This document shows, piece after piece, positions 35,167-44,418 of a DNA stretch of 64,000 nt (the first letter of the stretch is position 1; each line of letters begins with the position of its first letter). The position numbers and the translations under genes were made by a program. Source of the stretch: an uncultured Granulosicoccaceae bacterium (GTDB taxonomy: Bacteria; Pseudomonadota; Gammaproteobacteria; CALCKW01); NCBI GenBank assembly GCA_937925815.1, contig CALAMQ010000014.1:2169-66168 (forward strand). The letters are read 5' to 3'. Under the pieces are notes generated by a model. It saw nothing but the letters and a program-made list of their open reading frames with translations, did no database searches and was not told the origin of the DNA.

Positions 35167-36027
35167 TCAGTGGGCCGGATTGTGTTCGATGATGTACTGT
35201 GCAAGCCTTGCTGCGAGCGGGTTGTCGGATTCGCTTCCCCGGTACAGGGCAATGGAGCAACTGGGCAGTGTGGGCAGTGCGCCGCGGTGGTCGATGATTT
35301 CGCGCTCGGTTGGCACTTGTTCTGATAACTCTGCACGCACACAGAGGTCGGCTTTTGCCATGGTGTCGATAGCGCGGTCGTCGGTCGAATTGACGATCGA
35401 CACCCAATCTGTGTTGGCGGCATCCAGTGCATTCAATGTGACTTGCCGAAACGCGCAATCTCTGCAGGACGCGAACGGCAGCGGACGCCGTTGCCAGGCT
35501 GTGCCGCCGTGCGTACCCGTCCAGACCAGTGGTTGCGTGTTGAGCACTGTGGCATCGGCGCGTGGGTTGAGCTCTGTTGTGAGAATCAGGTCCAGATCCC
35601 CGCGTTGATAACCTGCCAACAGTTCAACTGTGCTCTCTGTGCTGAGCCGGACTTGCACTCTGGGGTAGTCGCGCGTGAATTGGCTCAAGGCATTTGGTAC
35701 CCACGATTCGACAATGTCACTCGGGCACCCTAAGGCAACTGTGCCCTCATAGTCTGGTGCAGTCAGTCGACCCCAGGCCTCGTCATTGAGCGCGAGCATT
35801 TTGCGCGCATAGTGCACCAGTTGTTCACCGGCGGGCGTTGGTTTTAGCCCTTGTGGACTGCGGTCAAATACTGTGCAGTCCAGCGCCGATTCAAGGCGTT
35901 TGACCTGCATGCTGATTGCGCTTTGCGTGAGGTGCAGGCGGGCGGCGGCACGGGTCATGGTGCCGGCGTCAACAATCGCGACAACGCTTCGCAAACTGGC
36001 CAGATCGAGGTTACGGACGGTGGGCAT
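35167..36027 (-). CDS. LysR family transcriptional regulator
   Basis: RNLDLASLRS and MTRAAARLHLTQSAISMQVKRLE. Confidence 0.93.
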   Translation of the reverse strand: MPTVRNLDLASLRSVVAIVDAGTMTRAAARLHLTQSAISMQVKRLESALDCTVFDRSPQGLKPTPAGEQLVHYARKMLALNDEAWGRLTAPDYEGTVALGCPSDIVESWVPNALSQFTRDYPRVQVRLSTESTVELLAGYQRGDLDLILTTELNPRADATVLNTQPLVWTGTHGGTAWQRRPLPFASCRDCAFRQVTLNALDAANTDWVSIVNSTDDRAIDTMAKADLCVRAELSEQVPTEREIIDHRGALPTLPSCSIALYRGSESDNPLAARLAQYIIEHNPAH

Positions 36028-36139
36028 AGGGTCGCCTATCAGAAAGAGTGAACTACTTGATCAAAAACTTTCGTTTCACTGATGTGTGTGTGGCCGCTAT
36101 TTTCATCATTCGTTATGTATTTGTCCAGAGAGTTAACAA

Positions 36140-36472
36140 ATGATGATACCAAGGAACACCACCGTTGATGGCATTCAGAAAGCCGTCCACGACTGTCTCT
36201 ACTCCACTACCCAGGGTCCTCGGTTGATGCTTCGATTGCGCTTTGCTGTTGGCTGGGTCGGTTTGGTGTGGCTGGTTGCAAAAGAACGTCGCCAACTGAC
36301 GCGGCTCAGTGCATCGCAGCGGCATGACTTGGGTGTGGACGGATTGCAGGTGACACGCGAGGCGGGTCGTTCGCTGTTTGATTTGCCAGCGCGACGCCTC
36401 GATGATCTCAAGCGCCGAGTGAGGCGGCAGCACTGCACGAGAGGGCGCTGGTCCACACGCGCCTGCCACTGA
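36140..36472 (+). CDS. DUF1127 (YjiS-like) small protein
   Basis: ERRQLTRLSASQRHDLGV...REAGRSLFDLP matches the DUF1127 pattern; divergent from a LysR. Start uncertain. Confidence 0.65.
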   Translation: MMIPRNTTVDGIQKAVHDCLYSTTQGPRLMLRLRFAVGWVGLVWLVAKERRQLTRLSASQRHDLGVDGLQVTREAGRSLFDLPARRLDDLKRRVRRQHCTRGRWSTRACH

Positions 36473-36563
36473 TGCTATCGCGTTAGGTCTCAAGCCTTTT
36501 TCAGACTCATGGTGCGGGTGTCTCGGTGCTAAAGTGACGGCTTAATTCACTCGCCTGTAGACG

Positions 36564-36920
36564 ATGCCGCTTCCGACAGAAATACGGGTCCGCCAGACCA
36601 GCCGCGTGCTGGCGTTGACCTTTGATGATGGCTATTGCTGTGAGCTTGGTTTTGAATACCTGAGAATCAGCTCACCGTCAGCCGAAGTCAAAGGCCATGG
36701 GCCAGGTCAAGAAACGCTGGTGACGGGCAAGGAGCGGGTTCAGGTTATCGGCTGCGAACCGGTCGGAAATTACGCGGTCAAACTGGTGTTCGACGACGGT
36801 CATGATTCCGGTCTCTACACTTGGGATTACTTGTACGGTCTCGGACAAGAACAGTCCGACAATTGGGCACACTATCTCACTCGCCTGACAGAGGCGGGAC
36901 ATTCGCGAGCACCGATATGA
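36564..36920 (+). CDS. DUF971 / GBBH-like N-terminal domain protein
   Basis: [16 protein letters not shown] and [24 protein letters not shown]; directly precedes ubiE. Confidence 0.9.
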   Translation: MPLPTEIRVRQTSRVLALTFDDGYCCELGFEYLRISSPSAEVKGHGPGQETLVTGKERVQVIGCEPVGNYAVKLVFDDGHDSGLYTWDYLYGLGQEQSDNWAHYLTRLTEAGHSRAPI

Positions 36921-37666
36921 ACGACCAGCACACGACCCACTTCGGTTATCAGGATGTGCCGGTTGACGAAAAGGTCGACCGCGTTGCGGGTGTATTCCAT
37001 TCAGTCGCCGCCAAATACGATGTCATGAACGATTTGATGTCGCTTGGTATACACCGCGTTTGGAAACAGTTCACTTTGCAACACAGTGGCGTCAGGCCGG
37101 GTCACACAGTGCTTGATATCGCCGGTGGCACCGGTGACATTGCGGCTGCCATGGCGCGTCGCGTTGGACGCGATGGCCTGGTGGTGTTGTCTGACATCAA
37201 CGACTCGATGCTCACTGTTGGCCGGGACAAATTACACAATCAGGGTATTGTCTCCAACCTGGAATTCGCGCAGGCCAACGCCGAAGCTCTGCCCTTTGAA
37301 GACAACAGTTTTGATTGCGTTACCATCGCATTTGGCTTGCGCAACGTCACAGACAAAGACCGCGCACTTGAGAGCATGCACCGCGTGTTAAAGCCCGGTG
37401 GTCGGGTGTTGGTTTTGGAATTCTCCAAGCCCACTGTGCCGGGTTTTGCTGCGCTGTACGATCAATACTCGTTCAATATCCTGCCCGCAATGGGAAAACT
37501 CGTGGCCGGTGACGCTGAGAGTTACCGCTATCTCGCCGAGAGCATTCGGATGCACCCCGATCAAGAAACCCTCGCGGCGATGATGCGTTCAGCTGGATTC
37601 GAACGGGTGGATTACCACAACCTTACCGCCGGTGTGGTCGCGCTGCACAAGGGTGTGAAGTTGTGA
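36917..37666 (+). CDS. ubiE: Ubiquinone/menaquinone C-methyltransferase UbiE
   Basis: [31 protein letters not shown] and YLAESI; ATG at 36917. Confidence 0.97.
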   Translation: MNDQHTTHFGYQDVPVDEKVDRVAGVFHSVAAKYDVMNDLMSLGIHRVWKQFTLQHSGVRPGHTVLDIAGGTGDIAAAMARRVGRDGLVVLSDINDSMLTVGRDKLHNQGIVSNLEFAQANAEALPFEDNSFDCVTIAFGLRNVTDKDRALESMHRVLKPGGRVLVLEFSKPTVPGFAALYDQYSFNILPAMGKLVAGDAESYRYLAESIRMHPDQETLAAMMRSAGFERVDYHNLTAGVVALHKGVKL

Positions 37667-37673
37667 CCGCCTG

Positions 37674-38273
37674 ATGGAGATGCCGCTCGCGGTGGTCACC
37701 GCGCTGAACGCCACATTGCAGAGACTTTTCGCCGCCAACGAGGAAGCGCGAGACCAATTGCAGCGACACACTGGCGGTGTGATCACCGTCACGTTGCGTG
37801 AACCGGGGATCACGTTGCATGTGATGGTGCTCGAACACTCACTCGAATGCCTCACTGTGTGGGATGACGAGCCGGATGCCACGGTGCAAACCGATGTCGC
37901 GGGACTTATGGCATTGTCTCGCGGCACCGATGCATTGTTGTCCGGCGATGTTCGCGTGCGCGGGGACTTGAGATTGGTCGAGGGTGTGCACCGCGCTGTG
38001 GCACTGCTTGCAGCTGACTGGGAAGATCAGCTGGCGCCAATTGTCGGTGACACCCTAGCGCACAAATTGGCAACCGGGGTGCGACGCGTGGCATCGGGAG
38101 CCAAGCGCAATCGGGCACGAGACATAGAAGACACCGTGAATTATTTGCAAGATGAGGCCAAGTTGTTGGCCACGCGCGCTGATTGGCGTCATCTGACAGA
38201 CACATCAGACGAATTACGACAGTGCGTGGATCGGCTGTCCGCGCGCCTCGATCTACTGGCGCGGAGCAAGTAG
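37674..38273 (+). CDS. ubiJ: Ubiquinone biosynthesis accessory factor UbiJ (SCP2 domain)
   Basis: Lies between ubiE and ubiB; DWEDQLAPIVGD and C-terminal VDRLSARL coiled coil. Confidence 0.85.
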   Translation: MEMPLAVVTALNATLQRLFAANEEARDQLQRHTGGVITVTLREPGITLHVMVLEHSLECLTVWDDEPDATVQTDVAGLMALSRGTDALLSGDVRVRGDLRLVEGVHRAVALLAADWEDQLAPIVGDTLAHKLATGVRRVASGAKRNRARDIEDTVNYLQDEAKLLATRADWRHLTDTSDELRQCVDRLSARLDLLARSK

Positions 38274-38276
38274 GCC

Positions 38277-39932
38277 ATGGCATTTGGGGATATTCGCAGG
38301 CTGTGGACCATTCAGCGCGTGATGGTGCGTTACGGACTGGATGAGTTCTTGTTTGCGCACCCACTCGCGCGGCCGCTGCGCTGGCTGATGTTGGTGTGGC
38401 CGGATCGTTGGCTCAACCGAGACACGCGGGCATTGCCTCGTGCAGAACGCATCCACCACGCGCTTGAAGACCTCGGTCCGATTTTCGTGAAATTCGGTCA
38501 GACGCTGTCGACGCGGCGAGATCTCTTGCCAGACGACATTGCAGATGCACTGTCCAAACTACAAGATCAAGTGTTGCCTTTTGACTCCGCCATTGCACGC
38601 GAGGAAATTGAACGCGGGCTGGGCACATCTATTGAAGAAGCATTTGCGCATTTTGAAGACCAGCCGCTCGCGTCAGCGTCTATCGCGCAAGTGCACGCAG
38701 CCACTTTGCACGATGGCAGTTCGGTTGTAGTCAAAGTACTGCGGCCAAACATGCGTGAAGTGATTAAACGCGATCTCGGCTTGATGTACCGCATTGCGCA
38801 CCTAGCGGAACGCTACTGGTCAGAAGGCCCGCGGCTGAGACCCGTTGAGGTGGTGGCAGAGTATGAGAAAACCACGCTTGACGAACTCGACCTGGTTCGT
38901 GAGGCGGCCAATGGAGCCCAGCTTCGTCGCAATTTCCAAGACTCCACACAGCTATATGTGCCGGAGATGTATTTCGACTATTGCCGTGAAAATGTTTTGG
39001 TAATTGAGCGTATTGACGGCGTACAGATTTCCAACATCGCTGAGTTGCAGCGGCGCGGTGTCAATTTTGAAGCGCTGGCAGAGCACGGGGTCGATGTCTT
39101 TTTCCGGCAAGTTTTTAGAGACAATTTTTTCCACGCTGACATGCACCCCGGCAATGTGTTCGTTGACACCGCCGTGCCCTCTGACCCCCGTTATATCGCG
39201 GTCGATTTTGGCATTGTTGGGTCATTGACGCTGGAGGACCGGCGTTACCTTGCTGAGAATTTGGTCGCTTTTTTCCACCGCGACTACGACCGCGTGGCAG
39301 AGCTTCATGTGCAGTCTGGCTGGGTGCCTGAGCACACGCGCATTGAAGATTTTGCATCGGCTATTCGCACCGTGTGTGAACCCATTTTCGAAAAACCGCT
39401 GGCTGAGATTTCCTTTGGTTTAGTGCTGCTGCGGCTTTTCCAGACAGCGCGCCGCTTTGAAATGCAAGTGCAGCCCCAGTTGATTCTGTTGCAAAAGACG
39501 CTGCTTCATATTGAGGGTTTGGGGCGTCAGCTCTACCCAGAATTGGATTTGTGGAAGACCGCTAAACCCTATCTCGAGCGCTGGCTCAGCGAGCAAGTAG
39601 GTCCGCGCGCCATCGCCAAGCGGTTGCGTGCTGAACTCCCACGTTACGGTGAAGTCCTGCCGGAGCTACCTGGATTGCTGCACAGCGTCTTGAAAGACGT
39701 GCAGGCGGATCGCCGTCGCGCCGCAGAGCAAGTGCTTGCCATCGAAAAATTGCAGAACACGATTCGATCTGGCCAGCGCTCGCAGCGATTTGCATTGGTC
39801 GGTGTGGGTGCTGTGGTTGCGAGTGTATTGCTCGCAGGAAACGGTGATGGTGTCGCGCTGCCGATAGCAACATGGTTGCTCGGTGGCTTCGGTGCGTTGT
39901 GCCTGGTGCGGGCGGTGTTTGATCGTCAGTAG
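38277..39932 (+). CDS. ubiB: Ubiquinone biosynthesis kinase-like protein UbiB
   Basis: LGPIFVKFGQ, ASASIAQVH, VVKVLRP, FFHADMHPGN and DFG. Confidence 0.97.
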   Translation: MAFGDIRRLWTIQRVMVRYGLDEFLFAHPLARPLRWLMLVWPDRWLNRDTRALPRAERIHHALEDLGPIFVKFGQTLSTRRDLLPDDIADALSKLQDQVLPFDSAIAREEIERGLGTSIEEAFAHFEDQPLASASIAQVHAATLHDGSSVVVKVLRPNMREVIKRDLGLMYRIAHLAERYWSEGPRLRPVEVVAEYEKTTLDELDLVREAANGAQLRRNFQDSTQLYVPEMYFDYCRENVLVIERIDGVQISNIAELQRRGVNFEALAEHGVDVFFRQVFRDNFFHADMHPGNVFVDTAVPSDPRYIAVDFGIVGSLTLEDRRYLAENLVAFFHRDYDRVAELHVQSGWVPEHTRIEDFASAIRTVCEPIFEKPLAEISFGLVLLRLFQTARRFEMQVQPQLILLQKTLLHIEGLGRQLYPELDLWKTAKPYLERWLSEQVGPRAIAKRLRAELPRYGEVLPELPGLLHSVLKDVQADRRRAAEQVLAIEKLQNTIRSGQRSQRFALVGVGAVVASVLLAGNGDGVALPIATWLLGGFGALCLVRAVFDRQ

Positions 39933-39970
39933 TGCGTGTGGATAGCACTCAGTCCGTACTTAATGTTGTA

Positions 39971-40666
39971 TCAGGCGATCACCAGCGATGGCCGGGTCGG
40001 CTGATTCGTGGCGTGCATTGAGATAGCCCCATCATCTCGCGTTGTTGGCAGGCCTGTTTCAGCAGCGATAGCATGCGGCAGTCGGTAGGCGTGGCGGCCA
40101 AACAATGACAATTCGACTGAAATACCGCACCGCTTGAAGCCAAGTTTCTCAGCGCAGTGTTGGAACGCCAGATTGAGAATGTCAGTGGTTGCGACAACCG
40201 ATGTGGCTTCACCGTCGCAGAGTGTAGACATGGCAAAACGGATCACAGCACTGTTGAGTCCACGGCCCCTGTGTTGTGGCAATGTAAAGGCTTTGAACAA
40301 ATAGAGCGTTCCGGGCGGCAGCGCAATGCCGATACCGTTAAATTTTGAGCCGGCTCGGTTGTGATGTGGCACCACTGAATGCTCAGCAAAGAAAGCGATA
40401 CTGGCTATCTGCCCGTCTGCTATCGCGGCAACGGCTTTGTAGCCGTGCTGAAGGCAGTCAGCCACCGTACTGTGTTCGACTTCGAGCTTTTCGCGGTCGG
40501 TGAGCGTCTGCATGTCTGCTGCTGTGAGCAGTTTGTATGTCACACCTGGCGGGTGCGTTACAGGACCGACATCGACGCGGTGTGCCCAAAGTAGGTACGA
40601 GATGTCCAGCGGAAAGGCCCGCCGGCTGGCCCGATAAAGTGCATGGCCCACTCTGGGAACTGACAT
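39971..40666 (-). CDS. GNAT family N-acetyltransferase-like protein
   Basis: Acetyl-CoA motif A FTLPQHRGRGL and AEKLGF. Start at 40666 or 40690. Confidence 0.7.
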   Translation of the reverse strand: MSVPRVGHALYRASRRAFPLDISYLLWAHRVDVGPVTHPPGVTYKLLTAADMQTLTDREKLEVEHSTVADCLQHGYKAVAAIADGQIASIAFFAEHSVVPHHNRAGSKFNGIGIALPPGTLYLFKAFTLPQHRGRGLNSAVIRFAMSTLCDGEATSVVATTDILNLAFQHCAEKLGFKRCGISVELSLFGRHAYRLPHAIAAETGLPTTRDDGAISMHATNQPTRPSLVIA

Positions 40667-40730
40667 GACATCGCCTCTTGCGGTTGGCATTGAATCTAAT
40701 GGCCAACCTCAGCAGTGTGGCTGGCGACGA

Positions 40731-41015
40731 CTACAGCTCATACCGACGTGCGATCGAATCGATATGTTGGGCCATCTGGAGATCGCGGTCCGTGAGGCCG
40801 TTCACATCATGGCTGGTTAATTTTATGGAAACGCGGTTGTAACGGTTTGACCAATCGGGATGGCGCGCGCGCGCTTCTGCGGCAACCGCAATTTCCGCCA
40901 TGAAGGCAAAAGCCTCTTTGAAATTGGAAAATGTGAAATGGCGTTCGATGTAACCGCCAGCCAATGTGTCGCCGGTGCGTGCCCAATGGGTCAGATCATC
41001 AAAATCGTGTTGCAT
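40731..41015 (-). CDS. Pterin-4-alpha-carbinolamine dehydratase family protein
   Basis: FTFSNFKEAFAFM and HPDWSNRYNRVSIKLTSHDVNGLTDRD. ATG at 41015; the longer ORF-track start overlaps uvrD. Confidence 0.88.
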   Translation of the reverse strand: MQHDFDDLTHWARTGDTLAGGYIERHFTFSNFKEAFAFMAEIAVAAEARARHPDWSNRYNRVSIKLTSHDVNGLTDRDLQMAQHIDSIARRYEL

Positions 41016-41109
41016 ACCTTTTCCGCGTGTTTGGGTCGAATACCAGTGTGGTCTCGGCGGCGGAAAAACGCCACGAGGGCCTGTTGCGCTGCTCTGGTAG
41101 ACTCGCGAT

Positions 41110-43266
41110 ATGGACGTGACATACCTTCTCGATTCCCTCAACTCGGCGCAACGCGAGGCGGTGTCAGCCGCGCCGGGAAACCTCTTGATTCTCGCCGGTG
41201 CTGGCAGCGGTAAGACCCGCGTGCTCACGCACCGAATTGCGTGGCTGAACGCGGTTGAGAACATTTCCCCTTTCGGCGTTCTCGCAGTCACTTTCACCAA
41301 CAAGGCGGCGAGTGAGATGCGTGGCCGCCTCGAGCACATGCTCGACCGCCCGCTCGGTCCGATGTGGGTTGGCACCTTTCACGGCTTGTCACACCGGATG
41401 TTGCGTGCGCACTGGCAGGAAGCGAAATTGCCACAGGCGTTTCAGATTCTCGATGCCGATGATCAGCTTCGGTTGGTCAAGCGCCTTGTCCGGGGATTGA
41501 ATCTCGATGAATCGGTTTACCCACCGCGCCAAGTGGTGTGGTTCATCAACGCGCGAAAAGACGAGGGCGTGCGCTCGGCACACCTTGATACCCCGCGCGA
41601 CGACGTACAAGTGCAGTATCAGCGCATCTACACCGCTTATGAAGCCGCGTGTGAGCGCGCCGGCGTGGTTGATTTTGCCGAGCTTCTGCTGCGCTCGCTT
41701 GAGCTGTTGCGAGACAACGCCCCCGTTCGCAATCACTACCAACGCCGATTCAGCCACCTTCTGGTGGACGAGTTCCAAGACACCAATGAAATTCAGTACG
41801 CGTGGCTGCGCACCTTGGCTGGGCCGCAGTGCAGTGTGTTTGCGGTGGGCGACGACGACCAATCCATCTACGGTTGGCGTGGCGCGCGTGTGGAAAACAT
41901 GCACAACTTCCGCGAGGATTTTGCCAACGTAGAGGTGGTGCGCCTCGAGCAAAATTACCGTTCGACAGGCACCATCTTGCAAGCGGCCAACGCACTGATT
42001 GACCACAACAGCGGTCGCCTTGGCAAAAACCTCTGGACCGACGCCGGCGACGGCGAGCCCATCAGTTTTTACACCGCCTTTGATGAGCGCGACGAAGCGC
42101 GCTTTGTGGTCGAGCGCGTGCAGCATTGGGTTGAGCAAGGTGGCAGACGCGACGAGTGCGCGGTGTTGTACCGCTCCAATGCGCAGTCCCGTGTGCTCGA
42201 AGAAGCGATGATCGCAGCGAGTGTGCCCTACCGTGTCTACGGCGGGATGCGCTTCTTCGAGCGTGCGGAGATCAAGGACGCAATCGCCTACCTTCGCCTC
42301 GTGTGCAACCGCGATGACGACGTCTCTTTTGAACGGGTGGTGAATCAGCCCACGCGCGGTATCGGTGACCGCAGCGTTGCGCAATTACGCGAGGTGGCAC
42401 GAGAGCGTGGCGTGAGCCTGTGGCAGGCCGTGCCGCTTGTCAGCGGCCGCGCTGGCGTTGCGTTGAACAAGTTCGTCTCACTGGTCGAGCAGCTCAGCGC
42501 TTCGTGCGGCGACCAACCGCTGGCGGATCAAATAGAAAGCGTGGTTGACGCATCCGGGTTGCTTGCGCACTACCAAAAAGACCAAAGCGAGAAGGGCCTG
42601 GCTCGGGTTGAAAACTTGGAAGAACTGGTCGGTGCGGCGCGGGTCTTCAGCCCAGACAGCGACGCCATTGAAGCCTTGTCCCCGCTCGAGATGTTCCTCG
42701 CGCAAGCCGCGCTCGATGCCGGCGATGCGCAAGGCGAATCGTGGGAGGACTGCGCTCAGCTCATGACCTTGCACTCGGCCAAAGGCCTCGAGTTTCCACT
42801 GGTGTTTATGGTCGGGATGGAAGAGGGGCTCTTTCCCCATCAGCGTACCCTGGAAGACCCGTCGCAACTCGAGGAGGAGCGCCGCATTGCCTACGTCGGT
42901 ATCACGCGGGCGCGCCAGAAACTCTATATGTGCCAAGCGGAAAACCGCCGCCTGCACGGTCGCGAGCTCTTCACAGTGTGCTCTCGATTTGTCGGAGAAT
43001 TGCCCACCGAGTTGGTCGACGAAATCCGCCCGCAGGTGCAACTGTCGCGGCCGGTATACCAACACCCCGAACGCGCAACCCCGTCCTTTTTGCAAGAACA
43101 AACGCCGTACACCATCGGCCAGCGGGTTCATCACAACACCTTTGGTGAAGGCGTGGTCACCGATTGCGAAGGTCAGGGCAAAAACCTTCGGATGCAGGTT
43201 AACTTTGAGTCTGAAGGGCAGAAGTGGCTGGTGCTCGCCTATGCCAATTTAAGTCCACTGAGCTGA
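41110..43266 (+). CDS. uvrD: DNA helicase II UvrD
   Basis: AGAGSGKT, LVDEFQDTN, VGDDDQSIYGWRGA, HSAKGLEF and EERRIAYVGITRA. Confidence 0.97.
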   Translation: MDVTYLLDSLNSAQREAVSAAPGNLLILAGAGSGKTRVLTHRIAWLNAVENISPFGVLAVTFTNKAASEMRGRLEHMLDRPLGPMWVGTFHGLSHRMLRAHWQEAKLPQAFQILDADDQLRLVKRLVRGLNLDESVYPPRQVVWFINARKDEGVRSAHLDTPRDDVQVQYQRIYTAYEAACERAGVVDFAELLLRSLELLRDNAPVRNHYQRRFSHLLVDEFQDTNEIQYAWLRTLAGPQCSVFAVGDDDQSIYGWRGARVENMHNFREDFANVEVVRLEQNYRSTGTILQAANALIDHNSGRLGKNLWTDAGDGEPISFYTAFDERDEARFVVERVQHWVEQGGRRDECAVLYRSNAQSRVLEEAMIAASVPYRVYGGMRFFERAEIKDAIAYLRLVCNRDDDVSFERVVNQPTRGIGDRSVAQLREVARERGVSLWQAVPLVSGRAGVALNKFVSLVEQLSASCGDQPLADQIESVVDASGLLAHYQKDQSEKGLARVENLEELVGAARVFSPDSDAIEALSPLEMFLAQAALDAGDAQGESWEDCAQLMTLHSAKGLEFPLVFMVGMEEGLFPHQRTLEDPSQLEEERRIAYVGITRARQKLYMCQAENRRLHGRELFTVCSRFVGELPTELVDEIRPQVQLSRPVYQHPERATPSFLQEQTPYTIGQRVHHNTFGEGVVTDCEGQGKNLRMQVNFESEGQKWLVLAYANLSPLS

Positions 43267-43283
43267 CAACTGTAGGAGCTGCC

Positions 43284-44033
43284 ATGACGCCTCAACACAT
43301 TCTGGTCACTGGCGGTGGTCGTGGCATTGGCGCGGCGGTTGTGCGGCTGTTGGTGCAGCAAGGCCACCGTGTTTGCCTGAACTACCGCTCGGATCAACGT
43401 GCTGCCAGCGCGCTTGTCACGGAATTGAGCGAGGCAGGCGGGGATGTCTTCGCGGTGCAGGCGGACGTTGCGCAAGAGGCGGATGTGTTGCGCCTATATG
43501 AAGCCGTAGACGCCCGTTGGGCCAGGCTCGATGGCTTGGTCAATAACGCTGGCATCTTGCGCGCGCAGTCGAAGTTGGTCGATATGGACGCCGCACGCAT
43601 CACAGAGGTGCTCGCAACCAACGTCACTGGCACTTTGTTGTGCGCGCGTGAAGCGGTGTTGCGCCTGTCGACATCGCGCGGTGGCCACGGGGGTGGCATT
43701 GTGAATATCTCATCTGCCGCTGCACGCCTTGGTTCTGCAAACGAGTACATCGATTACGCTGCGAGCAAGGGGGCTGTGGACACCCTGACCATTGGGCTCG
43801 CGGCGGAAGTGGCGTCAGAGGGGATACGCGTCAACGCGGTCAGACCGGGTGTGATTTATACCGACATCCACGCCTCTGGCGGCGAGCCGGGTCGGGTGGA
43901 GCGGGTGAAGTCGGCGGTGCCGATGCAACGCGGAGGTACGGCTGAGGAAGTGGCCAATGCGGTGGCATGGCTGTTGTCTGATGCCGCGTCCTACACCACC
44001 GGCAGCTTTATCGATGTCTCAGGTGGCCGCTGA
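43284..44033 (+). CDS. SDR family oxidoreductase
   Basis: TGGGRGIG, NNAG and YAASK. ATG at 43284 follows AGGAG. Confidence 0.93.
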   Translation: MTPQHILVTGGGRGIGAAVVRLLVQQGHRVCLNYRSDQRAASALVTELSEAGGDVFAVQADVAQEADVLRLYEAVDARWARLDGLVNNAGILRAQSKLVDMDAARITEVLATNVTGTLLCAREAVLRLSTSRGGHGGGIVNISSAAARLGSANEYIDYAASKGAVDTLTIGLAAEVASEGIRVNAVRPGVIYTDIHASGGEPGRVERVKSAVPMQRGGTAEEVANAVAWLLSDAASYTTGSFIDVSGGR

Positions 44034-44405
44034 GCCAGTGGCGCCAAAGCGGTCATTGAGATAGGCGATGATGTCGTCGCTCTCGTAGAGCCAGCGGTCT
44101 TCCCCGTCTGACTGAATACGCAAGCATGGCACTTTGATGTCGCCGCCACCTTGAGCGAGTGCCTCGCGGTGCACGGGGTCATTGGCTGCGTCGCGCAATT
44201 CCATTGGCAGGTTCAGGCGGTGCAGCGTGCGGCGCACTTTCACGCAAAACGGGCACGCGCGAAATTGATAGAGGCTGAGCGCTTCAAGCGCTTGCTCGAC
44301 CTGCAACTGATCCGCGTCGGATCGGGCCACTGGCGATGGGCGTGTGGCCGCATCGCCCATCACAATGAGTTGGCCTAAGCCGTTGCGCAGTGCTTTGAGT
44401 AACAC
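44019..44405 (-). CDS. Glutaredoxin-like protein
   Basis: CPFC active site, KVPCL and WLYESDDII. Confidence 0.88.
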   Translation of the reverse strand: MLLKALRNGLGQLIVMGDAATRPSPVARSDADQLQVEQALEALSLYQFRACPFCVKVRRTLHRLNLPMELRDAANDPVHREALAQGGGDIKVPCLRIQSDGEDRWLYESDDIIAYLNDRFGATGSAAT

Positions 44406-44418
44406 GGTTGTCCTTGGT

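Noticed and set aside
36473..36563. Possible cuckoo/CcsR-type sRNAs downstream of DUF1127
   Set aside because: No CCUCCUCCC loops or repeated hairpins are visible.
36547..36887. 11-bp direct repeat TCACTCGCCTG upstream of and inside the DUF971 gene
   Set aside because: It does not flank the LysR islet, so it is not a target-site duplication and is probably chance.
41389..42384. 331-aa antisense ORF within uvrD (similar ones lie opposite cysI, gyrB and dctP)
   Set aside because: Antisense open frames arise from codon bias in conserved genes, and there is no independent coding evidence.
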